NCBI GenBank assembly: GCA_950097015.1
Contig: CATNEN010000039.1
Coordinates: forward strand, 3,286,001-3,350,000
Length of the DNA: 64,000 nt
Source of the DNA: Macrostomum hystrix
Lineage: Eukaryota > Animalia > Platyhelminthes
Direction of reading: 5' to 3'
Below, in pieces: positions 1-13,585 of this stretch; positions within the stretch are counted from its first letter, which is position 1, and every line of letters starts with the position of its first letter. Below the pieces are notes generated by a model. That model was not told the DNA's origin. It did not search any database and saw nothing but the letters and a program-made list of their open reading frames with translations. The position numbers were made by a program, and so were the translations under genes.

Positions 1-377
1 TTGGGCTGGGCCGATTTGTTTAATTTGATTGATGCTGAAAAGCTAAATATACACTTGAATGTCTTTAGAGATTCTGCAGTCAGTTCAGATGCTGAACAAA
101 GATAATCACAACCTGATGCTACTTATAGTGTCAGTCCATGTAGGCACTGGATTACAGAGGGGATGGCTGGTGGAGAGACCAGTCTTTATGAATGGTTCAA
201 AGCTGCAGAAAAACTTGTCCTGTAAGTCGCAGTAGAAATAGAGAATGTGCAAATCTGACTGCGACTGACGGTTAAAACCACTTTTATTAAAGAACTGCTT
301 CAGCGTTCGAGTTTTTTAAATTCGAAGCAATTTTAGCAGCTAAAGCTGAACTTATAGTCAGCGTGCTCTGACTGCGC

Positions 378-2030
378 TTTTAGGTATCGTATCAATGTAC
401 TTTTAGGTATCGCATCAATGTACTCTTAATTTTCGCATCAATATACTCTTAGTTATCGCACTAATGTAATCTTAGTTATCGCATCAATGTACTCTTAGTT
501 ATCGCACCAATGTAATATTAGTTATCGCATCAATGTACTCTTAGTTATCGCACCAATGTAATATTAGTTATCGCATCAATGTACTCTTAGTTATCGCACC
601 AATGTAATATTAGTTATCGCATCAATGTACTCTTAGTTATCGCACCAATGTAATATATGTTATCGCATCAATGTACTCTTAGTTATCGCACCAATGTAAT
701 ATTAGTTATCGCATCAATCTACTCTTGCTTATCGCATCAATGTACTTTTAGGTATTGCATCAATGTAATATTAGTTATCGCATCAATGTACTTTTAGGTA
801 TCGCATCAATGTACTCTTAATTTTCGCATCAATATACTCTTAGTTATCGCACCAATGTAATATTAGTTATCGCATCAATGTACTCTTAGTTATCGCACCA
901 ATGTAATATTAGTTATCGCATCAATGTACTCTTAGTTATCGCACCAATGTAATATTAGTTATCGCATCAATGTACTCTTAGTTATCGCACCAATGTAATA
1001 TTAGTTATCGCATCAATGTACTCTTAGTTATCGCACCAATGTAATATTAGTTATCGCATCAATCTACTCTTGCTTATCGCATCAATGTACTTTTAGGTAT
1101 TGCATCAATGTAATATTAGTTATCGCATCAATGTACTTTTAGGTATCGCATCAATGTACTCTTAATTTTCGCATCAATATACTCTTAGTTATCGCACCAA
1201 TGTAATATTAGTTATCGCATCAATGTAATCTTAGATATCGCATCAATGTACTCTTAGTTATCGCATCAATGTACTCTTAGTTTTGTAGACCAGGAATTCT
1301 TTAGATAGCGCAAAGGCCACGAACTACGTACAAAGGAAATTCGATATATTTATACTAACAAATTATGACTAGAGGTGACAATGGCACGTGGAGAGCAAGG
1401 AGTAAGAACAGAGCACCTTGTGTCGCACGCGCAGGTGACACACCCGGCCCACGCACGCATAGGAAGAATGGACGTGCATTGCGCAACGACAAGTTAATAG
1501 AGTACATTCAAGTCCGGTTGAATATTCAAGTCACAACACTTAGTTATCGCATCAGTGTACTCTTAGGTATTGCATCAATGTGCTCTTAGATATCGCATCA
1601 ATGTACTTTTAGGTATCGCAACAATGTACTTTTAGGAACCGCAACAATGTACTCTTAGGTATCGCATCAATTACTCTTAGGTATCGCATCAATTACTCTT
1701 GGGTATCGCATCAATTACTCTTGGGTATCGCATCAATTACTCTTGGGTATCGCATCAATTACTCTTGGGTATCGCATCAATTACTCTTGGGTATCGTCTT
1801 CATATACTCTTGGGTATCGTCTTCATATACTCTTGGGTATCGTCTTCATATACTCTTGGGTATCGTCTTCATATACTCTTGGGTATCGTCTTCATATACT
1901 CTTGGGTATCGTCTTCATATACTCTTGGGTATCGTCTTCATATACTCTTGGGTATCGTCTTCATATACTCTTGGGTATCGTCTTCATATACTCTTGGGTA
2001 TCGTCTTCATATACTCTTGGGTATCGCTTT
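378..2030. repeat. 22-23 bp minisatellite array (TAGTTATCGCATCAATGTACTCT, grading to GGGTATCGTCTTCATATACTCTT), interrupted at 1283-1538
   Basis: Directly visible tandem units; the overlapping ORFs at 1699-2152 are translations of the repeat. Confidence 0.95.
1284..1538 (-). mobile_element. Solo-LTR-like insertion in the satellite
   Basis: Unique 255-bp segment with TGT...ACA termini (minus strand TGTTGTGAC...GTCTACA) and internal GTATAAATA on minus; CTTAGTT occurs on both sides but is also part of the satellite unit, so the TSD is ambiguous. Confidence 0.5.
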
Positions 2031-2152
2031 ACTTTAACAGCTGGGTGAACAGAAGCAATGCAGAGTTAAGTGTTTTGCTAAAGGTCACAAATAGTTCCAG
2101 AAGAGTCGGGAATCGAACCTCCGACCAGCTAGTCCTGAGTTCGAGGCTCTAG
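2030..2152 (-). mobile_element. Partial tRNA-derived CORE-type SINE (family B)
   Basis: Minus strand reads B-box GGTTCGATTCC then TGTGACCTTTAGCAAAACACTTAACTCTGCATTGCTTCTGTTCACCCAGCTGTT, similar to copies at 12594 and 50190. Confidence 0.75.
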
Positions 2153-3000
2153 GCTAGAACCTCTTAAAACTTAGAAAAAGTTAAGAAACAATAAGAAAGA
2201 ATTTTCAACTCCTTCTTTCTTTTTTTTCTTTACCGCTGGTAGAAAAGCGCATGAAATAATATTCAATAAATATATTAAAGGATTTAATAAGGAACAGAAG
2301 ACAGATTTTAGCGCAGAAGAGCTTACTAACTGGAGCTTTGTCTAGCAATGATGGTTACTAAAAGTTTTTGTCCAAAAAATAACTATACCATAGCAAATCA
2401 CTACGCTAATATTAGTTACTATAAGTATTGAATGAAAAAATGAGCGGCTTGGCGTAGATGCAGCCTAAATAAAACGGCAGCCACATTGGGACGGATTACA
2501 GGACGTTTCTGCAGTTTGCAATTAGAATTTTTCACAGCCAAATAAAACAAAAAAAATGTTTATCGGACGGCAATCAAAACACGGACGGAAACGACAGCTA
2601 GCTTAATGAATGCAGAAAACTCAGATGAAGAATAGAAAATAACTAACTATGAAGATTATAAAATGGATATTTCTTGTCGAAGGAGTTGACAAGCCTATTG
2701 AAAGATATATTTATATCTATTAAAAGAATTTCCATTTCTACCTAAAAGATTGCAATATATACTAGAAGCAGAGGATGATTAGCGGAGGTTTTTGAGGTTA
2801 ATAAAGAAAATAAAATGAAGCTTTCCACAACTTTGACCAGCAAAGTTGACTTTTTGACAGTGAATTTAAGGGGGGATTTCACAATCCAATCACGCTAGCC
2901 AGGGCTCGTCTATCAGAAAAATTCCTACCGTAACTGAATAAACAAGCCGAGTTAGTGTCGAATCAAAGCAATGTTTCCTTTCAATCGATCAGTGCTCGCG

Positions 3001-6000
3001 TCACTTGCGTCCCCAGAAGGCCTCCTGGCGCTGACGCGCCCTCTCCAGAGTCTGCGAGCCCAGGCTGATGGTGGAACTGCTGACCAAGGAGGCCGTGTCG
3101 CTGAAGAAGCCGTCACTGAACTGGGCGTCATCCAACGGCTGCTGGGCAGCGGGCGGCGGCGGCGGAGTGATTGACAGGTCGGAACCATTGCGAACTCGAG
3201 GTTCAGCTGAACGGCGCTGAATCGGCTTCTGCTGTTGCTGCCTGACTCTGGGCGACATTGGCAGCGGAGTGTCGTGGCTGGCAGTTTCATCCAGCAGCGG
3301 GGCTACGTCGCGAGTTGGCACTCCGGCCGGCGGCCTCGGTGGCGACTGCGAGCGGCCGGCAGCCTTGCCGCGTCCTTGACGACCGCCACCGAGCAGCTGG
3401 CGGGACTCACGAATCAGCCGGCCCACCGGCTTGCGGCCGCCCAGTGGACGGCCGAGGTCTGAGGGAGAGGACGCGGGGAAGTGGCTGATTGAAAACAAAC
3501 TGCTGGGCATTGGGAAAAATTTACATTTGGCGTTGTTAAATGCCTCGTCACCTAACTTTTAACAGTAGAAACACCACGGGGATATTTCAAATACAGACAG
3601 TTTTCCATTTTTCTGTATCTCCCAAACTATTCAACCAATCGCCATGAAATCCAGAGGACGTGAAATTTTTCCGCTCCATCCGATAAAACTAATTCCAGAA
3701 TCACTAAACATCGGCATCGTCGGGACATTCAAGGATTCTAGACGGAGTGTCTGGCGGCAAGAACCACAAATGTAGGCATAATTTTTGTGCTCACATTTTT
3801 TATGTAATCATGTCGGCTATCATTGTTGACTATTTTGGATTGACTTAATCGTACATTTTTTCATTTATGGATATTTTTCAATATGGATTCGCCATAGAAG
3901 TTTATACAGAACAATTTTAGTTGTCCTTGGGTCTTCGACGAGAATCGCTGAATATCTCGACGGATATAAAAATTAGTTCATAGTGAAGGCGGTAATTTTT
4001 CATTCCTATGGTGGACTAAAAATCGATTAAAAGCAATTATGAGCTGACCTATGAAAGACTGGCTAGTGAGCTGACCCTGAAGAGCATCCACAGTAGCCAA
4101 CAACTCACCTTCAACATCATCCAGGGCTTGCTCTTCGTCACTGACAGCGGCGGCAGCAGCGGTGGCCTCCAGATTGTCGCCTTCCAGGCCAACCTCGGCG
4201 TCCGGCCTACCGACAAGCACGCCGCCGTAGTTCGGGGTGGTCCTGTCGAAGTGATGCCTCACGTAGCCCTGACGCGCCCGGTCGCGGATTCGCGGCGTGC
4301 CGAAGCGGCCGACGATCTCGCTCTCCGGCAGTCGGCGACGCGGCACGGCAATGTCGCCATCGAGTCCGGCTCCGGAGGTCGCGCTGCGGGCGCGGCGCCG
4401 ACGATTCGACGGCCCCCGCTGCTGACGTCGACGGTGACGCTGGAAATTCTCGCCATCGTCATCGTAGTCGGCATCGTTGTCCGCCACCTCCGGGTCGCTG
4501 TCCCAGGCAGCCTGCGGATGCGGCGCCGGTGCCGTGCGCGGCCGTTCGTTCTCGTCGACGACGGCTTCGTCACCGCCTTCAGCCGAGCGGGCAGACGCGG
4601 GAGGCTGCCAAGCTTCCAGGCTGCCATTGGGTACGTACACCTGAGAAAGGTAGATATAATGTTGGCTCGTATAATAAATTAACCGCTCGTCCATATTAGC
4701 CTACTGATAAGTAGAGAATAATGCGCATTAATAAGACTAAATTTTTAATCAGCTTCTCGCACCTGCGCCAGGTGCTGCCTGGAGAAGTGCGTCCCGTAGG
4801 CGCGCAGCCGGTACTGGGCGGCGCGCTGGCGCAACTCGCGTGCTTCGCGCAGCCGCCGTTGCCAGTCGGTCTCGCCGCCGTTGTTGGCTCCCCCGGCCTC
4901 GCCGAAGGCCCGGTGATACTCGCTCTCGAGAGGGCCGTAGCCGCCTAGCGGAAATGACATCCGCTGCGGATTCAGAGCGTTGCGCGGCCCGTACTCGCGA
5001 CCGTCGATCTTCGCCTTGGGCGGCGGAGCTGAAGCGGCGGTGGCCAGCGGCTTCCTGGACGGCACGAGTCCGACAGCCGGCGATCGAGTGTCCGGTTGTT
5101 TGTACTGGAACTGCCGGCGGTACTCGGTGGTGACGGCGGCTGGCACGACCGGTTTAGCCTTCCTGGCGCCCGCCACGGCGGCCGAGGTGACAGTGTCCAG
5201 GTGGGAGCGCCTGGCCGCATCACGATTCTCAGCCAGGGCCGCTCGGTGACGCTCCTGACGGCGCTGATGCTCGGCGGAATCAGCGGCAGCCGCGGCCGCA
5301 GCGGCGTAGCTTGTCTGGAATGATCATTATTACCGAGAGGGGATTGAATAAGGATTTGGGATTCGAATCCAAGTATATGGTTTATAGATTTGAAAGGCCT
5401 GGGATGATAATTCTTTTAATGGGATTGAAGAGATATTTTTTTCCCCTATAAAAAACTAACGGTCATAAAAACGGCTTGTGACAGTCGATGTAATTGTTAT
5501 GGTAACATGTTACTGATGGTGGCCGTTTTTTACGGTCACATAAATGGTCACAGAACGGTTACACAGAACAGGCACAGTCGACGGTGACCACCGTTACATG
5601 AAAATGAACGGTCACAGAATTATGTTTCACGGTTACAGGCTAAACGGCCACAGCCCTTTCTTATGACAGTTCAGTTTTATACTGACCTGACTGGATTTAA
5701 AAGTCCTGGGATTTGAATTCTGCAATGGCATTGAGGGGATACCATTTGGAAGGCCTGACCTGATACTCGCTAGCCTTGGTCGGCTTATTTCCCTGCGGTC
5801 GCTTGGCATCGGCCAGGCCCAGCTGCCGCTTCTTGGCGTAGTCGGCGTCGCGAATAGCGTAGGGATCGGAGAAGTCGCGGTAGAACGGCGGCGTCTTCGG
5901 CCGCTGGTAGGGCTCTGCCGCCTCGGCTGGCGGCTGGGCGTCCGCAACAGAGCCGCCGCGCTCCATCAGCGCCTCAGCTTCCATTCGTCGGGCCTCCCGG

Positions 6001-6810
6001 CGCGCCCTGGCCAACTGGGCCTCGAGCTCTTTGGTGGACACCGACGCTTCGGCAACTGGCCCGGCGGCCTCCTGACTGCGATGCCGACGACGATTGCGAC
6101 GCTGCTTCTGCTGCTGCTGCTGCTCCTGCTGCCTCTCTTTCTCCTTCTGCTTCCGCTGCCTGTCCGGCATTGTCAGTTGGCGCTTGACTTCACGCGGAGT
6201 CTCCGGCGTTGCCACCGGCGGCTCATCATCGTAGTAGTCGAAGTCCGGGTCGCCGACGTTGGCACCCGGAGCCGGCGCCGCCGACTGCTGACGTTTGCGC
6301 AGCTCCCGATCGCGCTGTCGCTGCTCCTGCTCCTGCTTCTCCTGGGCAATGAGAAATCAGTTGAGTAAAACAATAAAAAATGATAACTGCTTGAGGAAAA
6401 AATAGCTATATTGAAGGCTTTGAGACCATAGACTGGAAATCGCTCACTTGTTCCCGCTGAGCAGCCAAGCTCTGACTGCGCCGCTTGTGCGCCTCCTTGG
6501 CATAGTTGGGGTGCGCCTGAGATGGCGCGAACCTGCCCGCCTTCTGACCGGCCACCAGGAAGCTGTCCTCTGTTGGGGTATCTGGCATGCCCAGCTGTAC
6601 ACTCTCGCGGGTGTGATCGACGCGCTTCTTGCGCTGCAGCGGCGGCTCCATGACGTTATAGCGGCGCAGAGACTCAATGCCGGCTGTTGGGCGCAGCTGC
6701 TCGCCAGTTGGCGAAAAGCCGGCGCTTTTGCGCGACTCATTCCATTTGTAGCTGCGGTCATACTCAGATGCGCCGGCGAAACGGGTGGCTGGGCGGGGAG
6801 CTGCCAGCAT
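3001..6810 (-). CDS. MDM1: MDM1-like microtubule-binding centriolar protein; predicted coding exons 6810-6448, 6341-5760, 5314-4763, 4640-4076, 3458-3001
   Basis: Repeated (S/T)EYxxxF/Y motifs (SEYDRSYKW, SEYQ, TEYRRQF, SEYHRAF) and AAQYRLRAYGTHFSRQHLAQ, characteristic of MDM1; GT-AG junctions join in frame. A further upstream exon is not excluded. Confidence 0.85.
3568..3965. repeat. Dispersed repeat, copy 1 (related to 52198-52405)
   Basis: Shared blocks AAACACCACGGG..ATTTCAAATAC, TTTTCTGTATCTCCC, ATATGGATTCG, AGAATCGCTGAAT in the same order and orientation. Confidence 0.7.
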
Positions 6811-9800
6811 GGCTTTGTCAGCAGGCTGCAGAAAGTGGGGAGCAGTGGCAGGTATGATAATACCAAATTAAGGCTAGAAATGACCCTCTCTAGTTTTTTA
6901 GTGATTTTGTGCAAAGTTTTTGGGTCACTTTCGATTTCAGGCAAAGAAATTTTCAGATATATGGTTTTGTGGCGGAGAGTGCACTCTACCCCAGACAGCC
7001 GGCCCCAGACATCACACCACTGTCTGGGCGGATGCGTCACCCCTGCTCGCGCAGTCACATTGGTTTGCGATCCTCAGTGGGGTTGGGGACATGGAGAAGT
7101 CGCGCTGGCCTTTATAAGGCTCTTTGTCTCGGGCACAGAGCCCTCACCCCTTTTTGCAAACTCAAATAAACACGAACTCGTTAGCGAAGCCAACTCGGCA
7201 ACCTGCTACAATTTACCATATTTTGGGTCTTTCTGTGTAAGGGGCTGGTAGTGACAACAAAAGTGTCATTCATTCAATATTTCAAGGGCCTAAAATCTCA
7301 AGGAATGAGTCATAAACACATGGACTTTTGGAACTCTAAACTGCATCTACTTAATCTATAATTATACACATGTTATGCCAGGGCTAATACAAAAAGTAAA
7401 AATTTCTGTGCTTATTTTCAGAAATTTCGGGTTTTGGGTAGTAACTAAAGGGCACTTTCAGGCAATCCCTAATCGAGGCTAACAAGTGATGCAATAATTC
7501 TAAGAATGGCATAGCTAAGATTTGAAGCAAACCAAGTTCTATATGTGAGCATAGATTGGGAGGTTAGCCTACCAAATTTATCAAATTAGTCACATCTCAG
7601 CTTAACAGCCAGGCTAGCAATGTTAAAAAATATTCAATTTAAAACAATTGGAATTTAGGAGTTGGTTGTCCTATTGACAAAATCCATAAACTTACATAAG
7701 TTTGGGTGAAAAGGCACAGTACATATAAAAACAGTCTGGTCTTGAGACTTGAAATTATTTACCAACTTTGAAAAAAATTATAATTTTGCCCTGAATATGT
7801 ATATTGTATAATGATATGCATTAGCATAAAAAATTTCAATTGTATGTTGATTATTACATTTTTTTATTTCGTTTTTTTCAGCAAGCTACTTTACCCAAGA
7901 CAAGACGATTCCCAATGACAAGGAAATAGCTAGTCTCTACTCCCAAGTCTCAAATAATAAATGGGTTTCAAATGTAGTTGACTAGATAAATAATTGATGG
8001 CATCAACATTTTAATAAAAAAATATTTAGCAAGTAAATATACTCTCATGCTACAATGAATCGTTAAATAATATTAATCTGGTCACTGGTCATGGATTGAT
8101 GGCTACACACTAAAACACTGAACACTGTTTAGTCCTTTAGAATTAGTAAATTTCAATCAGATATACACTTCATTTATTATATTTCAATTGTAGGCAAATA
8201 GGCATGCTGGATAATAGTAATGGAATCAAGTTAAGGATGTTGCGTACGGCAAAATGAAACTGTGCCATAAGCGATAATTAAAAAATAGTTGTTTAAAATG
8301 GCATAAAATGTGACTTTAAAATTACTGTTTCCTAGATATTTAATGTTCGGATACAATATTAAACAAAAGTTGCACAATATTTTTTATCAGGTTCTAGTAA
8401 CTAAAAGTTCTGCGTCTTAAAAAAAGTTAAAATAGCACATAAGTTCGCTTGTTATCTCGAATAGTTCTAGGTTATCTGATTTTGGTCGCTAAACGTTTCG
8501 CGCTGACTTATGTAAGTGGCCGAATTTAACTTCTGTTATTTCAAACTTTTTTACTTTCGTTGGTTTGGATTTTTTCCATTTTTATCAGACTGACAGCTCC
8601 ATCTTATTTATCGAATTATTAGTGTATAACATTAATACACTTCTCTGTCCTTTTTATGATATTTAGAGCACGCTATCAGTTTCTAGTTGTATTTGTAAAA
8701 ATTAAGCTCTATTAATTTTTCTATTTTTATATAAAACTCATTCCGACGTCAGTGTTTGTCTGATGTATCTAGAATACAGTAACATAACATGCTCTTTTAT
8801 TCCGTTACCACTTAGAAACTACGCTAATTAAAATGCACTAATGGAAGATTAGCACAAGAAATGTATAATTATAAATGGTAAAAGCGTTTAACTTGTTTTA
8901 TTGGTAAATGAAGAAACTAGCAATGCCAATGAAATCTAGCTTTGACAGTAACAGTAACAGCTAGCAATGCCACTTTTTAATCTTTGAGAACCGTTGGGAG
9001 TTTTTTGGATTCTGCCTCTGCATGTAGAGAAGCATGTTTCTTTAAAGTTTTGTTATGCGTGTAATGAACCAATGTTTGAAAATGAAATTTTTTTTTCTTT
9101 TTGCCTTAGACAAGTACATTTAAATGCTAATTGATGTGCTTGTTCCCTGATTTCCTAAAGGCTTCGATAAAATCATTAAGATTATTAACTATTTAGATAT
9201 TTTAGGCCTAATAATTCTGTCTTAGAATAGGCCAAGGTTATATACTTAGGACCTACTACTTACTAGATAGCAAAACTAATAACTAGCTGGACCTATATAT
9301 CTAGTCCAAGCAGCTATGTAGGCTATATAGGCTATATCCCTATGGTTTTCAATGAATAAGCATTAAACAAACAAACAGAGAAAACAATTTTTTGTATATA
9401 CACTTAATTAGTGCATGACCAAGACCCATAGCTTAGACTGGCTCCAAGGATGAGGGTAGGTCAACTCATTTTCTAATATGAATTAAAATTACTTGACTTA
9501 TCATCAAGCCCCTACCTATGCTTGACCCCCTCCAAAATTATATCTACTTAACCCAAGCTATCCAATAGTGGACCATAGTCATTCCCACAGCCCCTCCTTA
9601 GCTGTGGCAGTCTTGTTGTGTGATCTTGGTTGTCCTGGTTGTCTTGGCCCTACTGCACTAAATCCTTTCTACATTTTAAATACTTGTCTTTTCTTACTTT
9701 TTTAAGTAGACTATAAGACAAGGCTTTATTATCACATCATTTAAGAAGGTTAGTAAAGTAAGCTCTTAGTACTGTTTAACAAAACTAAAATATATATATA

Positions 9801-12593
9801 TACTAATTAGCTATAATTTTTTTGTGCAAGGCTTGCCTTACAAAAAAAAGTATGATTTAACTAAAAATTTACCTAGATATAATTGATACTTTTTATGACA
9901 TATTTTTATAACACTGATGATGCTCTTTGAAATGAGCTGTGGCATTGGCAAATATAAATAAAAGTACTTGCTGTAGAAGTAATAATAACTAAAATTGACC
10001 ATAATTTTCTGTTTGCCGTCAGGGCCTTATCTTTTTTAGTGGTAATTTTTTAGTATAAGCATTGTTGCAGTCATCAAATATTCAGTATTTTAATACATTT
10101 TTATACATTATCATGACTATTGCTAAGTGTATATTTACAAAAAAACTTGTTGTCTATAGTTAATACTTGCAAATCCTTTTTCTTTATCTAAATTTATAAA
10201 AAACTAACTATATTCTTTGCTATATTTTTACCACATAGATTCTATCCTAACATGACGTTTAAATAATAAATATTCAAAAATTGTTTGCTAAGAGAACCTG
10301 AGAATGTTCTCAGGTTTTATTTTTTTCTGGTAAAATATAAATATCTGGCAAAAGTACCAGAAATGTGTGTTTTAAAAGAAAAAATGTTTTCCTGCAAGTC
10401 AATATCCAAAAAGCATGCCAATAAAGCAAATTTATTATAGTTTTGTAAAACTATATATGATGTAAAATTACTATATTGCTTTGGCTAAACTGATGAGTGT
10501 ACTTATGAGTGTAATAATCATATAACAAATAGGCATGAGTAAGAAAGAAGCTGAAAGGTGAAACTTGTGAATAAAGTGCAATAATATTTTGTTGCTTCTT
10601 GAAACATTTATAAGAGTTTACTAATAAAACTGCATGTAATAGGCTTCAGGAATTTCAAATACAATTGTAAATGATGCATTAACTATAAATTATTTAGGCA
10701 GAAGCAGATGATGACAGTTTTGTCTATTAGTAAAAATAAGTTTTAGGTTTCAGTAATATTATGAATAAAAATACAAGTGCTTTTGGGTTACATTTATGTA
10801 AATTAAAGATATGCAAATGTTGCACCTTAAACCTATTGAACCTAATATTTCCTATAGCAAAGAATAAATATGTTAAATGTATTTTCCTGGTTTCACATTA
10901 ACAAATAGTTAAGTTCTAGAGTTATGTGTGTAATTAGCATGTAATTCCCAATGTAGTATTAATTGCCTTTTGAATTACAGTTCTTTTTCAAAACATCTGT
11001 TATTATTGCTTAGTTCTTTTGACAATTTATTTTTGTAACTGAAATCGTCTATCCATTCCAGATGCTATGACATCTAGCCAGCGTGATCAAAATTTGGAAA
11101 ACATTGTTCATGTAAGTTTTCATTTTATACTGTCTGTGCCGATTTATTTATATTTTGCCTCCCACACTACTACTCTATTTAAAAATTGAAGTAGTATGAT
11201 TCTGAACTGAACTAAGAATTCTGAATTCTTCAGAGCTGACTTTAACAAAAGGAAGTTTTTAGTCCCATTTACATTTTTCATGTTTTAAATATCGTGAGTC
11301 AAATTCTCACTACTATAATGGGAGAATCAATTCTCAAATGAAAAAAGTACAGGGTGCTTATAAAGTCTAGTTTTGTTTGGCAGAATTCTGGACAGAATTC
11401 GCTTCTCACAAATAAACAGAACTCAGACTAACAACAGGCCTTTGGCAGTCATCTCTCAGTGTCTGTCCCAATATTTCCTTAGCCCAGTGTCTGAGCTGAG
11501 CTCTCAGCCTAGTTGAGTAGCAGCAATGTCATATTATCATCACATTGCCCTCTGCCACTCTAAGTCAAGGCGCCCGTTGCTAAGGCTGACTGAAATGCCT
11601 TGAGTAGACTTAATGAAAACCGGCGCATATGGCTAGGGCATATTTGCATTGTTAGCCTCAATGCTTTACACGGGTACCGTTTAAGTGAAGGCAGAATAAA
11701 GGCGTGTGCAGCAATCCTTTCTAAACCGACTAAAAAGACTGTAAAGGCCCCATTTAACAAACAAAAGTCTGACTGTTTTTATTGTTTTATTTAGAAATTT
11801 TTATGCTAGCCGTATATTTATCGGAAGCTTGTTATTGACCAGTGTTAAGAGCTTGGGCCTCTGACCGAGAGAGTTAACTATTTGTATCTGTAAATACTTC
11901 GCTTTAGATTGTAGGAGGACGAATTTCAGCCTCTCAAGGAGATAATGGAGCGACTTATATATTTAACAAATCGATAGTAGTATTAGGGGTGGAGCTACTG
12001 ACTCCGCGCGTGCACACGGGAGAGAACCCGCTAAAAGTAGGGATGTTTATTTGGGTGATTCCAGTTGGAATCTGCGGTGTTTCCAGAAAAAGAAACAGCC
12101 GAACCCTGGAAACATACCGATCGGATGATTCCATGCTTAGAATCTACCCAACTGGTCGTTTTCTCGGTGCTTCTTGGTGACGAAATAGAATCACCCAAAG
12201 AATCCTCCGGTTCGGAAGATTCCATGCTCAGAAACCGCCGAGGAATCGCCCGTAAATAACTCTTAACTCTTTTAACTCTCTAGACAAAATGGTTGTCCCA
12301 TGGGCCACTGGTTCGGGTGATTCTTCGGCGGTTTCCGCACAATTTACGGTTACATCGGCTGCTTCCTGGGTGGTTTCTTTAACTCTTGCGAGATAGGGGG
12401 GTTTTGGTAGATTCCACTCCTATTTTGCACAAAAAAACCAGCCGAAGAAGCAGCCGAATTTTTTACAGGGAAGGCTAAAGGCGCTTACACGCTGTACATT
12501 CTAAATAGATAGATAACGCATATACGGTGCACAGCACACCGCCTCATTACAGCTTTTGTCTTTGTACAGCCTTGTACACCTTCGATACGACAA

Positions 12594-12870
12594 GGGTTGT
12601 AGCTAGTGGTTAGAGCGTCGGACTCACAACCTGAAGGTGGACCCCGGGAGTTTGATTCCTGACTTATTAGAACAGTTTGTGTCCTTTAGCTAGACAATTC
12701 ATTCTGGATTGCCTCAGTTCACCCAGCTGTTAAATGGGCACCAGCATTAGTTTGGGTGATTGAAAGCGGGTGTGGCGCTTCCCAGTCCATGGACTGAACA
12801 GCCGTGCGTAGGCGTTCGATTCACAATAATAGTGCTGTCGACTGCACATCTGGCACAATGCAAATTCAAA
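12594..12870 (+). mobile_element. tRNA-derived CORE-type SINE (family B)
   Basis: A-box-like TAGCTAGTGGTTAGAGC, B-box-like GAGTTTGATTCC, CORE-like GTGTCCTTTAGCTAGACAATTCATTCTGGATTGCCTCAGTTCACCCAGCTGTTAAATGGG; 3' part shared with the 50190 copy. Confidence 0.8.
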
Positions 12871-13585
12871 TTAAGTGAATAGGATAGGATAATATACTTG
12901 GGATAAGTGATAGGATTATTGAAAATTCGTCAATCTTTTGCCGATTTATTATCTGTCTCAATATAAACAAGCAGTTTTAATAATAAACTTACTGTCTCGC
13001 ACTAGGGGAGTGGTGTGGGCTGCTTCCACCCAGTCCTCCGCACGACCGACCACATCAGCCTGAGCACAGTTTTAGAATCTTTCACGACTCATGACGCACA
13101 CTTGAGCATAGAAATTTATTCTATTGGCGAGTGACGAAAGTAATTTTCGACAAATAATTTTTTGTCTCTCTGACCAGCCCCGGATTATGGCCCGAGTCAC
13201 CGAGTCCGTGGCCTTCTAGTGTAGACAGGTAGAAAGCAGGCACTGCGAAGTTGAGATGCTTTTGTTGTTGTCAGTTCTGTGCTTTTTTCGTTAGGCCAGA
13301 CGAAAAATACTGGCCGACTTTGCAACGTGTTTAAAGGGCCGATGAAAGTTTTCTCTCTTACTCTCTCCGTCTCCGTCTCTTTCGCGGAAGCAGTGCGGCA
13401 TTTATTTTTTTCTGAGGCAAAACAGCCTGGTGTCTGTGTAACTCTAGGTTTAACCAGGTGAGTTAAACAAATAGAAGCGTTTAGATTACACCAAGGCTTC
13501 CCTATATGTAGCAAAATAGTCATAGACGTTTTAAATGTATTATTGAATTTTTATTCTGACGTTATTTCCAAGATTGAGTGCTTTT

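Noticed and set aside
7260-11600. AT-rich ORF-free block with a possible DNA-transposon end (TTAAGGATGTTGCGTAC at ~8231)
   Set aside because: No matching opposite terminus or transposase remnant found by eye.
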